Below, piece by piece: positions 45,633 to 54,188 of a stretch of DNA of 64,000 nt. Below the pieces are notes generated by a model. It ran no database searches. It saw only the letters and a program-made list of their open reading frames with translations, and was not told the DNA's origin. Made by a program: the position numbers and the translations under genes. Source of the DNA: Gammaproteobacteria bacterium (GTDB taxonomy: Bacteria > Pseudomonadota > Gammaproteobacteria > Natronospirales > REEB76); the NCBI GenBank assembly GCA_035691665.1, contig DASSIS010000064.1, positions 73-64,072 of the forward strand. Direction: 5' to 3'. Every line of letters begins with the position of its first letter. Position 1 is the first letter of the stretch.

Positions 45633-45857
45633 ATGAATACCGTGATCATGGACGTGGACGTTCACATGACCTGCCCCGGCTGCGGCAAGGCCATGACCCA
45701 GAAGCTCCGCTGGCTGGAAGGCAATGCCGAGTTCAAGTGCCCGGGCTGCGGCAAGTCGATCGGCAAGTACGCCGATCAGGTCCTGCGGGTACGGCACGAA
45801 CTGATCCATCTCGATGAAGCCGAGAAGGCCACCAAGAAGTTCAGCATCAACCTCTGA
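45633..45857 (+). CDS. Small zinc-ribbon protein (2 x CPGCGK)
   Basis: 74 aa. RBS GGAGGTGG lies 3 nt upstream of the ATG. Two CPGCGK knuckles sit 21 residues apart. Confidence 0.6.
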   Translation: MNTVIMDVDVHMTCPGCGKAMTQKLRWLEGNAEFKCPGCGKSIGKYADQVLRVRHELIHLDEAEKATKKFSINL

Positions 45858-45863
45858 TCCGGA

Positions 45864-46166
45864 TCAGGCGCCCGGCCGGGCGCCGTCCTTCACCTTGACG
45901 TAGCTGCGCTCGCCTGTCGCCGCGTCGTAGTAGACTTCGACGAGTTCCCGGCTGACCGGGTCCACGAAGCGCTCGCCGGTGGGCACGCCCTTGGCGGCCC
46001 CGGCCGCATGCAGCCACTTGTAGCGCCAGCGCTCGAACAGCGTCCCGAACGTCAGCAGGCCGCCGAACACCAGCGCCACCACGGCATCGGCCGGCCGCAC
46101 CCAGAGCAGCAGGGCTCCGCTGCCGAGGATCAGCAGCGCCGCCAGCAGCACGAGGGTGCGCAGCAT
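45864..46166 (-). CDS. Small 2-TM membrane protein, co-transcribed with ybjQ
   Basis: 100 aa. The start abuts the ybjQ stop. Two hydrophobic helices and then a soluble tail. Confidence 0.6.
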   Translation of the reverse strand: MLRTLVLLAALLILGSGALLLWVRPADAVVALVFGGLLTFGTLFERWRYKWLHAAGAAKGVPTGERFVDPVSRELVEVYYDAATGERSYVKVKDGARPGA

Positions 46167-46487
46167 TCAGGCCTTCTCCAGCACCACCGCCGTGCCGTAG
46201 GCCACGATCTCGCTCATCACCTGCCCGATCTCGGAGGAGTCGAAGCGCATCATGATGATGCCGTTGGCGCCCATGGTGCCGGCGTTCTGCACCATGCGGT
46301 CCACCGCGTGGCGCCGGGCCTCCTCCAGGAGCTCCGTGTACTCGGTGATCTCGCCGCCCACGATGGAGCGCAAGCCCGCGAGGATGTTGCCGGTGAGGCC
46401 GCGGCTGCGCACCACCACCCCGAACACCTGTCCCTTGGTCTCCTTCACCCGGTATCCGGCGACGTTCTCGGTCGTGACCACGATCAT
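46167..46487 (-). CDS. ybjQ: YbjQ/UPF0145-family protein
   Basis: 106 aa. ...GNILAGLRSIVGGEITEYTELLEEARRHAVDRM...GANGIIMMRFD...AYGTAV parallels E. coli YbjQ. Confidence 0.88.
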   Translation of the reverse strand: MIVVTTENVAGYRVKETKGQVFGVVVRSRGLTGNILAGLRSIVGGEITEYTELLEEARRHAVDRMVQNAGTMGANGIIMMRFDSSEIGQVMSEIVAYGTAVVLEKA

Positions 46488-46554
46488 GGACGTTCTCCCT
46501 GTGTACCGGCGGCGCCGGCCTACGATTAATTAGATTGCGGCGGCCGGCCGGTTT

Positions 46555-47502
46555 TCAAGCCTCCGATGCCTCCGTCGGCTGGGTGGTCCCGGCCTTGGCG
46601 CCCTTGGCCGCCCCGAAGTACATGATGATGCACACCGCGGCCACGATGATGGCACCGGCGAGCAGGATGCGGGCATTCAGGGTCTCGCCCGCCAGCGCCC
46701 AGCCCAGGATCACGGCGATCACCGGGTTCACGAAGGCGTAGGTGGAGGCGCGCGCCGGCGTGGTGACCTTGAGCAGCCACACGTAGGCGGAGAAGCCCAG
46801 CAAGGAGCCGAAGATGGTCAGGTACACGAGGGCCAGGACTGACTTGAGCGTGATGCCGTCCACGTGCAGCACCACGCCCTCGCCGGTAGCGAGGCCCACG
46901 ATCCACAGCAGCGCGCCGCCGGCGATCATCTCCATGGCGATGCCGAGGAAGGTGGAGGCGGGCAGGTGCGCGCGCGGCGCGTACAGCGAGCCCACCGCCC
47001 AGGAGAAGCTGGCCGCGAGCAGGAACCCCACCCCGAGGGGGTCCGCGTGACCGGCGCTCTGGCCCGGCAGCACCAGGATGGCGAGGCCGACGATGCCGAG
47101 GACGAGGCCCGCGATCACCGAGAGCTTGGGCTGTGTGCGTTGCTCCAGGGCGTTCAGGAGCACCATCCAGAACGGCACCGCCGCCACGATGAGCGCGGCG
47201 ATGCCGGAGGGCACGGTCTGCTCGGCGATGGACACGAGGCCGTTGCCACCGAGCAGCAGCAGCCCACCGAGAATCGCAGCGCTGCGCCAATGGCTGAACG
47301 TGGGCCGCACCGCGCCGCGCAGCCGCACCAGGGCATAGAGGATGCAGCCGGCGGCGAAGAAGCGCGTGCCGGCCATGAGCAGGGGCGGGATGGAGGCCAC
47401 GGCGAAGCGGATGCCGAGGTAGGTGGAACCCCAGAGGATATAGACCGCGGCGAAGCCTAGGGCGATGAGGGCCGGCGAGGCGTGGCTCTGAGAGGCGGGC
47501 AT
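46555..47502 (-). CDS. EamA/DMT-family transporter (10 TM)
   Basis: 315 aa with two EamA-like halves. N-terminal ...FAAVYILWGSTYLGIRFAV. Confidence 0.9.
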   Translation of the reverse strand: MPASQSHASPALIALGFAAVYILWGSTYLGIRFAVASIPPLLMAGTRFFAAGCILYALVRLRGAVRPTFSHWRSAAILGGLLLLGGNGLVSIAEQTVPSGIAALIVAAVPFWMVLLNALEQRTQPKLSVIAGLVLGIVGLAILVLPGQSAGHADPLGVGFLLAASFSWAVGSLYAPRAHLPASTFLGIAMEMIAGGALLWIVGLATGEGVVLHVDGITLKSVLALVYLTIFGSLLGFSAYVWLLKVTTPARASTYAFVNPVIAVILGWALAGETLNARILLAGAIIVAAVCIIMYFGAAKGAKAGTTQPTEASEA

Positions 47503-47520
47503 GGATTTCCTTCGATGGGG

Positions 47521-48225
47521 TCAGTGGTCGTGTTCGACGCCGAAACGGACCTTGAGTTCACGCTTGCCGGCGGCGGTGAGCTTGAGCGCCCGGCTGTCCA
47601 GATCCTTCACCAGCCAGCGGCGTCTCAGCGCCATCTGCAGCAGCGCCGCGCCGAGCGCACCGGCGAGATGCGGGCGGCGTTCGCTCCAGTCGAGGCAGGC
47701 GCAGGCGAAGCGGCGCCGCTGGGAGCGGGCGCCGTCGAGGTCCACTCCGGCCGCGGCGAACACGCCGGCGCCCTTGCCGGTGAGCTCGTAGGCGCCGTCC
47801 TGGCCGGCGTCCTCCACCAGCCAAGCCTGCTCGAGGAAGCGCTGGTTGAGGGAGACCGCCACGGCCCCCGCCATGTGGTCGTAGCAGGTGCGCGCGGCAC
47901 GCAGGCGCGGCGGCGTACTGGGTACGAACTCGCGGCGGGATTTGCCCGCCAGCACCGTGAGCGCCTCCAGGGCCGCGGCCACGCTGGCGTTCTCCAGGCT
48001 GTAGTAGCGGTAGCGGCCCTGGGTGGTGACCTGCACCAGCCGCTGCTCCAGGAGGCGGGCCAGGTGCACGCTGGCGGTGGAAGGGCTCACTTCCGCCACC
48101 ACCGCGAGCTCGGTGCTGGTGCGGGCGTGTCCGTCCATCAGGCAATAGAGCATGCGGGTGCGCGCCGGCTCGGCGATGGCGGCGGCGATGTCGGACACCG
48201 GGGGGCTGGGGGCCGGGACATTCAT
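47521..48225 (-). CDS. ArsR-type winged-helix regulator with C-terminal extension
   Basis: Start at MNVPAPSPP. IAEPARTRMLYCLMDGHARTSTELAVVAEVSPSTASVHLARLLEQRLV is the wHTH. The ORF-track extension to 48435 is rejected. Confidence 0.85.
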   Translation of the reverse strand: MNVPAPSPPVSDIAAAIAEPARTRMLYCLMDGHARTSTELAVVAEVSPSTASVHLARLLEQRLVQVTTQGRYRYYSLENASVAAALEALTVLAGKSRREFVPSTPPRLRAARTCYDHMAGAVAVSLNQRFLEQAWLVEDAGQDGAYELTGKGAGVFAAAGVDLDGARSQRRRFACACLDWSERRPHLAGALGAALLQMALRRRWLVKDLDSRALKLTAAGKRELKVRFGVEHDH

Positions 48226-48327
48226 AGTTTTATCGTAAGCGAAGTATCGAAAGATGACAAGCCGGAGACTGCTGCTGACCGCGGGCGCCCTTGAGGCGCA
48301 GCGTCGTCGCGTCCCGAGGAGCTGCCC

Positions 48328-48657
48328 ATGAAAGTGACCTGCATCATCCGTTACGAGATCGATCCCTTCCAGAAGGACGCGTTCCGGGAATACGCGCAGA
48401 ACTGGGGACGCATCATCCCGCGCTGCGGCGGACACCTCGTGGGCTACTTCCTGCCCTACCAGGGCACCAACAACGTGGCCTGGGGGCTCATCGCCTTCGA
48501 GAGCCTCGCCGCCTACGAGGCCTATCAGGCCCAGCTGCGGGCCGATCCGGAGGGGCGCAGCAACTTCGCCATGGCAGAGGACCGGCGCTTCATCCTGCGG
48601 GAGGAGCGCAGCTTCGTGGAGACCGTGGATGCGGCCTTCGGGATCCCCGCGCAGTGA
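48328..48657 (+). CDS. NIPSNAP-family protein
   Basis: 109 aa. ...[19 protein letters not shown]...[28 protein letters not shown] is a dimeric alpha-beta barrel pattern. Confidence 0.85.
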   Translation: MKVTCIIRYEIDPFQKDAFREYAQNWGRIIPRCGGHLVGYFLPYQGTNNVAWGLIAFESLAAYEAYQAQLRADPEGRSNFAMAEDRRFILREERSFVETVDAAFGIPAQ

Positions 48658-49511
48658 GCCTGAACCCGCCGGGAGCGCCGACGCAGGCGGAGAAGGCGGA
48701 GCGGTTCCGGGCGCTGCACCGGCGCGCCGGGGCCTTCATCATCCCCAACCCCTGGGACCGGGGCACGGCGCGGCTGCTCGCGCATCTCGGCTTCGAGGCG
48801 CTAGCCACCACGAGCGCCGGTCACGCGTTCTCCGCCGGACACCCGGACAACGCCGTGTCGCGGGAGGCCATGCTCGCGCACGTGAGCACCCTCGCCACCG
48901 CCACGCCGCTCCCGGTGAGCGCCGACCTCGAACACGGCTACGGCGACGCACCCGCGACCGTGGCCGAGACCATACGCTTCGCCGCCGGCGTGGGCGCGGT
49001 CGGCGGCTCCATCGAGGATTCCACCGGGCGCCCCGAGCAGCCGCTCTACGACATCGGGCAGGCGACGGAGCGCATCCGCGCCGCCGCCGAAGCGGCCCGC
49101 AAGCTGCCTTTCCCCTTCATGCTCACGGCGCGCGCCGAGAACTATCTCGTGGGCCGGCCCGACCTCAAGGACACCCTGCGGCGCCTGCAGGCCTATCAGG
49201 AAGCGGGGGCGGACGTGCTCTACGCCCCCGGCCTCGCGAGCCGCGAGGACATCGCCGCGGTGGTGAGTTCGCTGGACCGGCCGGTGAACGTGGTGATGGG
49301 CCTGCAGGGGGTGCGCCTCGGGCTCGCGGAACTCTCGGCCCTGGGGGTGAGGCGCATCAGCGTCGGCAGCGCGCTCGCCCGGGCCGCGTTCGGCGCCTTC
49401 CTGCGCGCGGCGGAGGAGATGCGCACCCAGGGGAGCTTCGGCTTCGCGGACGAGGCGGCGCCTTACCGGGATCTCAACTCCCTGTTCAGGGCCTTGGAAG
49501 ACAAGCCATGA
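48654..49511 (+). CDS. Isocitrate lyase/PEP mutase-superfamily enzyme (2-methylisocitrate-lyase-like)
   Basis: The GTG start overlaps the NIPSNAP stop as [19 protein letters not shown]...ATTSAG...[12 protein letters not shown]...GGSIEDS. Confidence 0.88.
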   Translation: MSLNPPGAPTQAEKAERFRALHRRAGAFIIPNPWDRGTARLLAHLGFEALATTSAGHAFSAGHPDNAVSREAMLAHVSTLATATPLPVSADLEHGYGDAPATVAETIRFAAGVGAVGGSIEDSTGRPEQPLYDIGQATERIRAAAEAARKLPFPFMLTARAENYLVGRPDLKDTLRRLQAYQEAGADVLYAPGLASREDIAAVVSSLDRPVNVVMGLQGVRLGLAELSALGVRRISVGSALARAAFGAFLRAAEEMRTQGSFGFADEAAPYRDLNSLFRALEDKP

Positions 49512-50224
49512 AGAAGATCGGACTCGTGGGCGGCATCGCCTGGCCTTCCACCGTGGATTATTACTCCGGCCTGTGCCGCCTGGCACAAGCCGACCACGTC
49601 CTGCCGGAGATGAGCATCGAATCCCTGGACCACGGACGGGCCGTGGCCTATCTGGGTCGCGACGGAGATGAGGCTTCCTGGGGCAGGTTCGAGGCCTACC
49701 ACCATGAAGCTTTGCGGCGCCTGGAGAAGAGCGGCGCCGAGGTGGCCGCCATCGCCAGCAATACCTCCCACATCCGCTTCCCGGAGATCACCGCGGGCAT
49801 CCGCATCCCGGTCATCAACATCTTCGATGCCCTGGCTGCGGAATGTGCGCGCCTGGGCGAGAAAGAGGTGCTGATATTGGGCACCGCCGCCACCATGACT
49901 TCGCTGCGCCTGCCCGCCGTGTTCGCATCCCGGGGCATAAAGGCCGCGGGCCCGGAGGATGCGGCGCTACGAGCCCTCACCGTGCAACTGAGCCAGGAAC
50001 TGCAGCATGGCCTGGACCGGGCGGCCGCCTCCCGTCTGGCGGACATCGTCAGGCGTCACGCCATGGGCCGTCCGCCCGCCCTCGTGTGCCTCGCCTGCAC
50101 TGAGCTGCCCCTGGCCTTGCCCGGCTCCGGGCCCCACACGCTCATGGAATCGGAAGGTATCCGTTACCTCAATTCGTCCACCGTGCACATACACGCCATC
50201 TTCGATCACGCCACTTCCGGATAG
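49508..50224 (+). CDS. Asp/Glu/hydantoin racemase-family protein
   Basis: ATGA overlap with the upstream gene. [19 protein letters not shown]...ASNTSH...LACTELP provides the two active-site Cys/Thr regions. Confidence 0.85.
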   Translation: MKKIGLVGGIAWPSTVDYYSGLCRLAQADHVLPEMSIESLDHGRAVAYLGRDGDEASWGRFEAYHHEALRRLEKSGAEVAAIASNTSHIRFPEITAGIRIPVINIFDALAAECARLGEKEVLILGTAATMTSLRLPAVFASRGIKAAGPEDAALRALTVQLSQELQHGLDRAAASRLADIVRRHAMGRPPALVCLACTELPLALPGSGPHTLMESEGIRYLNSSTVHIHAIFDHATSG

Positions 50225-50233
50225 GAGAGAACC

Positions 50234-51181
50234 ATGCACCATTCCACGCGCCGACTGCTGCTGGCTTCGTTGTTGTCACTGGCCGGTCTCCTGGCGGCCC
50301 TGCCCGCCAGCGCCGAGCCCATGACCTATCACACCGTCACCGTGGACGGAGTGAAGGTCTTCTACCGGGAAGCGGGCCCGAAGGATGCACCCGTGGTGCT
50401 GCTGCTGCACGGCTTCCCCACGTCCTCGCGCATGTTCCAGGGCCTGATGCCGCTGCTCGCGGACCGCTATCACTTGATCGCGCCGGATTACCCCGGCTTC
50501 GGACTGAGCGATGCGCCGCCGGAGGATAAGTTCGCTTACACCTTCGACCACATCACCCAGGTGATGGACGATTTCACCGAGGCCCTGGGGCTCAAGCACT
50601 ACAGCCTCTATATGTGCGACTACGGCGGCGACGTGGGCCTGAAGCTCGCCATCGCCCATCCGGAGCGGGTGCAGGGCCTCATCGTGCAGAACGCCAACAT
50701 CAGCGAAGAGGGCGAGTCACAGCTGTGGGTGATCCGCCGCGCCTTCTGGGCGGACCGGGCTGCCTACGAGGGCAAGATCCAGGCGAACCTCTCGTCGCTG
50801 GACGCAGATCGGGGCCGGCACGTGGGGACTTCGCCCCATCCGGAACGCTTCAATCCCGACGCCTGGAACGACGAATACGCGTTCCTGAGCCGCCCGGGTG
50901 AGGAGCAGAAGATGCTGGACCTCTTCTACGACTACCGCCACAACCAGGAGGCGTTCCCGGCCTGGCAGGATTGGCTCAAGCAGCACCAGCCGCCGACGCT
51001 CGTGGTCTGGGGCAAGTACGACACCTCGTTCACGGTGGCGGGGGCGCTCACCTACGAGAAGCTGCTGCCGAACGCGGAAGTACACCTGTTGAACGCCGGG
51101 CACTTCTCACTGGACGAGGCGACGCCGGAGATCGCGGAACTGATGCGGGACTTCCTGGACCAGAACGTCCCCAGGAACTGA
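50234..51181 (+). CDS. Secreted alpha/beta-fold hydrolase (Asp-nucleophile type), paralogue 3 of 3
   Basis: Signal peptide LLLASLLSLAGLLAALPASA, then VFYREAGPKDAPVVLLLHGFPTSS...IAPDYPGFGLSDAP...YMCDYGGDVG. Confidence 0.88.
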   Translation: MHHSTRRLLLASLLSLAGLLAALPASAEPMTYHTVTVDGVKVFYREAGPKDAPVVLLLHGFPTSSRMFQGLMPLLADRYHLIAPDYPGFGLSDAPPEDKFAYTFDHITQVMDDFTEALGLKHYSLYMCDYGGDVGLKLAIAHPERVQGLIVQNANISEEGESQLWVIRRAFWADRAAYEGKIQANLSSLDADRGRHVGTSPHPERFNPDAWNDEYAFLSRPGEEQKMLDLFYDYRHNQEAFPAWQDWLKQHQPPTLVVWGKYDTSFTVAGALTYEKLLPNAEVHLLNAGHFSLDEATPEIAELMRDFLDQNVPRN

Positions 51182-51215
51182 AATCTGGTTTGGACTGGTT
51201 TCCCAGCCTCTTCAT

Positions 51216-51355
51216 TAAGTCGCCTTAAACCGTCGCGAGCGCAGGCAGAGCGAGGCGCGGGAGGCGAGCAACCGGAGCGTACTTTGGCGTACGTGAGGAT
51301 TGCGAGCCGGACCGCAACGACGCTATGCCAAGCGCAGCAGGTTTAAGGCGACTTA
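51216..51355. repeat. 140-bp element bounded by perfect 16-bp inverted repeats (MITE-like, or a long-stem terminator)
   Basis: TAAGTCGCCTTAAACC (51216..51231) pairs with GGTTTAAGGCGACTTA (51340..51355). The right arm contains the last four codons and the stop of the permease gene. Confidence 0.45.
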
Positions 51356-52671
51356 GACCAGCGGGTCCAGAGGTAGTAGATGGGCAGCCCCGCCAGGGTG
51401 ACGCCGAGGCTGATGCAGGTGGACCAGGGGTCGGCGTACAGGGACCCGCCGATGACCAGGAAGGTGCCGAGCACGAACAGCGCCGGGATCAGCGGATAAC
51501 CGAAGGTCTTGTAGGGCCGCGCCAGCTCCGGTTTGCGCCGGCGCAGGATGAAGAGGCCGATGACCGAGAGCGCCAGGAACGGCCAGATGCCGAGCACGTA
51601 GGCGGCGGCGAGCTGCAGATAGTCCCGCAACAACACGTAGATCACCGCCAACACCCAGCTGAAGAGGATGGCCACGTGGGGCGTCTCGAAGCGCGGGTGG
51701 ATCTTGCCCACGGACTTGAAGAACAGGCCGTCCTCCGCCATGGCGTAGAACACCCGCGGATCGGACATGGTGCTGCCGTTGAGCGAGCCGAAGGTGGAGA
51801 CCATCACCAGGAGCGCCACCACCACCGTGCCGCCGTGGCCCAGCACCGCGGTCACCGCATCCGCTGCCACCGCCTTGGAGCCGGAGAGCGCAGCGAAGGG
51901 CAGGGCCATGAGGAAGGCGGCATTCATGATGAGGTAGACCGCGAGCGTCACCAGGGTGCCGCCGATGAAGGCCCGGGGCAGGTTGAGCTGCGGTTCGCGC
52001 ATCTCGCCGGCGAGGGGCGTGAGGTTCGCCCAGCCGTCGTAGGCCCAGAGCGAGGCCACGAGCGCGAGACCTAAGCCGCCCCACTTGAGGCTGCCCTGGG
52101 CCGCGCTCGAGAGGTTGGCGGCGGGCTGGGGCGCCAGCAGGAACAGCGCCAGGGCGAGGCCCATGAGCATCACGAGCTTGGTGCCGGTGGAGACGTTCTG
52201 CACCAGGGCACCGATGCTCACCGAGCGGTACTGGAGCGCGCTGATGACGGTGATGAGCACCGCCGCCACGGCGTGGGTGCCGGCGGCGCCGAGCGGCACC
52301 AGGGTACCCAGGTAGTAGGCGAAGGCCAGCGCCTGGGCGGCCCAGGAGAAGGGCGTGGTGAGCAGCCACATCCAGCCGAACAGGAATGCGAGCGGCCGGC
52401 CGAAGGCTTCGCGTAGATAGGCGTAGGGGCCGCCGGCCTCGGGATACATGGTGGCGAGCTCGGCCACCGAGAGTGCGCCGAACAGCGAGATGAGCCCGCC
52501 CACCACCCACACCAGGGTCACGCCCATGAGGCTACCGGTCTCGGTGGCGATGGAGGAGGGCACCTGGTAGATGGCGCTGCCGATGATGACGCCCACCACC
52601 ACCGCGATGCCGGTCCAGGGACCGAGCTTGCGGGGCAGGGCCGTGGGTTTGCCTTGGGAACGCGCTTCCAT
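51343..52671 (-). CDS. APC-superfamily amino-acid permease
   Basis: 442 aa with 12 helices. N-terminal ...GIAVVVGVIIGSAIYQVPSSIA is typical of the family. Confidence 0.92.
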   Translation of the reverse strand: MEARSQGKPTALPRKLGPWTGIAVVVGVIIGSAIYQVPSSIATETGSLMGVTLVWVVGGLISLFGALSVAELATMYPEAGGPYAYLREAFGRPLAFLFGWMWLLTTPFSWAAQALAFAYYLGTLVPLGAAGTHAVAAVLITVISALQYRSVSIGALVQNVSTGTKLVMLMGLALALFLLAPQPAANLSSAAQGSLKWGGLGLALVASLWAYDGWANLTPLAGEMREPQLNLPRAFIGGTLVTLAVYLIMNAAFLMALPFAALSGSKAVAADAVTAVLGHGGTVVVALLVMVSTFGSLNGSTMSDPRVFYAMAEDGLFFKSVGKIHPRFETPHVAILFSWVLAVIYVLLRDYLQLAAAYVLGIWPFLALSVIGLFILRRRKPELARPYKTFGYPLIPALFVLGTFLVIGGSLYADPWSTCISLGVTLAGLPIYYLWTRWSKSP

Positions 52672-52726
52672 GATGTGTCAGGACCCCGTGGCCGGAAAGA
52701 TATTCCCGCTGAAGACTAACGGATAC

Positions 52727-53629
52727 TCAGTCGTGGGGATAGCGGTCCTCGGGATAGAGCCGATGGATCAGCAGGAAGGATGCAGCGAGCAGGGGCGGCA
52801 CCAGCCAGCTGGCTTCCAGTCCCTGAGGGCCGCCCGTGAGCCAGACGGGCCCGGCGATGTGCGTATCCAGGAGATGATGCTCCAGGGGCTGGCTGTTGGC
52901 GCCGGTGTTCGGGGAGCCGTAGCAGGAGAGGGCGAAGAAGTCGAAGGCGGCATGGAAGCCGATGGCGAGCCACAGGCTGCCGGTGCGGCGCACCGTGTAG
53001 CAGCAGAACAGGCCGAACAGCACGATGTTGAGGATGTCCGGCACGTTCTCCAGGGGCTTGGAGAGGTGCTCGGCGCCGACCAGGATGGAGAGGATCACCG
53101 CAGCGGGCCAGAAGCCGATGCCGCGGGTGAGCACCGCGAGTGGGTAACCGCGCAGCTGGAGCTCCTCATCGACCCCCACCAGCAGCATGCCGGCGAACCA
53201 CAGCGCCAGGTATTTCCAGAACTCTCCGCCGTGTTCCGCGAGCCCCGTGACGCTCACCTGGCCCCCGAGGGCCGCGGCGAGTAGGAGCAGCGTCACCATG
53301 GCGAAGCCCCACAGGCAGCCGATGCCGAACAGTTTGAGAGTGTCCGGCCCCCATCCCAGTCCGAACCAGGAGATGCGATGCTTCTCGATACGCACCAGCA
53401 CCACGCTCACGAGCAGCATGAAGGCGGCATCGATGAGCGTGGAGACGAGGTTTCCGACGGGCGTGAAGTAGCTCGCGATGTCCGAGAAATCGTAGAACAG
53501 GCTCATCAGCGGGATGGAGACGTAACCCCAGGCGAACCACAGCGCCGCGAACACCGCGAAACGCCACCCGGCGCGCACACCGCCGGGGCCCAAGAAGACC
53601 TGCTTCAGCCTAAGCTTGATGGCGTCCAT
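52727..53629 (-). CDS. CPBP-family (CAAX/Abi-type) intramembrane glutamic protease
   Basis: Motif 1 is EELQLRG and motif 3 is FHAAFDF. Polytopic. Start at MDAIKLRL; the ORF opens at 53734. Confidence 0.85.
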   Translation of the reverse strand: MDAIKLRLKQVFLGPGGVRAGWRFAVFAALWFAWGYVSIPLMSLFYDFSDIASYFTPVGNLVSTLIDAAFMLLVSVVLVRIEKHRISWFGLGWGPDTLKLFGIGCLWGFAMVTLLLLAAALGGQVSVTGLAEHGGEFWKYLALWFAGMLLVGVDEELQLRGYPLAVLTRGIGFWPAAVILSILVGAEHLSKPLENVPDILNIVLFGLFCCYTVRRTGSLWLAIGFHAAFDFFALSCYGSPNTGANSQPLEHHLLDTHIAGPVWLTGGPQGLEASWLVPPLLAASFLLIHRLYPEDRYPHD

Positions 53630-53778
53630 CCCGCACCTCCTGGAGTCCGCTCGTACCCGACATAAGACAGGACGGTGGACCGCCGGTTCCCCCCGCCCCG
53701 CGCCGATATAATGGCGCCCTGTCCCGGCACCCAACTACTTCAAAGCTGGTGCCCACCACTTCAAAGCAGGAGCTTCCG

Positions 53779-54180
53779 ATGTCCTTCCACTTCTTCGGCA
53801 TCGTCATCGCCGCCGTCGTGTGTTTCGTGTTCGGCGGCATGTGGTACTCCCCCATGCTCTTCGCCAAGGCCTGGGCCAGGGAATCAGGCACCCCCGACGA
53901 GCACAACCCCGACCCCAAGGCACAGGCCCGGTTCTTCGTGATCCTGTTGGTGCTGCTGCTGGTCGCCGCCACGGTGCTGGACTACGTGCTCGGCCACTGG
54001 GCCCCGGGTCCTGCCCTGGCCCGCGGCTTCACCGTGGGTTTCATGGGCGGGCTCCTGGCCGCCGCGGTGGTGGCCATGGACACCCTGTTCGAGCGCAAGA
54101 GCCTGAAGCTCTTCCTCATCAACGCCGGTTATTACATCGTGAGCTTCTGCGTCACGGGCCTGATCCTCTCGCTCTTCTAA
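53779..54180 (+). CDS. DUF1761-family membrane protein
   Basis: MSFHFFGIVIAAVVCFVFGGMWYSPMLFAKAW is a typical DUF1761 N-terminus. RBS is GCAGGAG. The ORF opens at 53749. Confidence 0.75.
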   Translation: MSFHFFGIVIAAVVCFVFGGMWYSPMLFAKAWARESGTPDEHNPDPKAQARFFVILLVLLLVAATVLDYVLGHWAPGPALARGFTVGFMGGLLAAAVVAMDTLFERKSLKLFLINAGYYIVSFCVTGLILSLF

Positions 54181-54188
54181 TAAAGACG

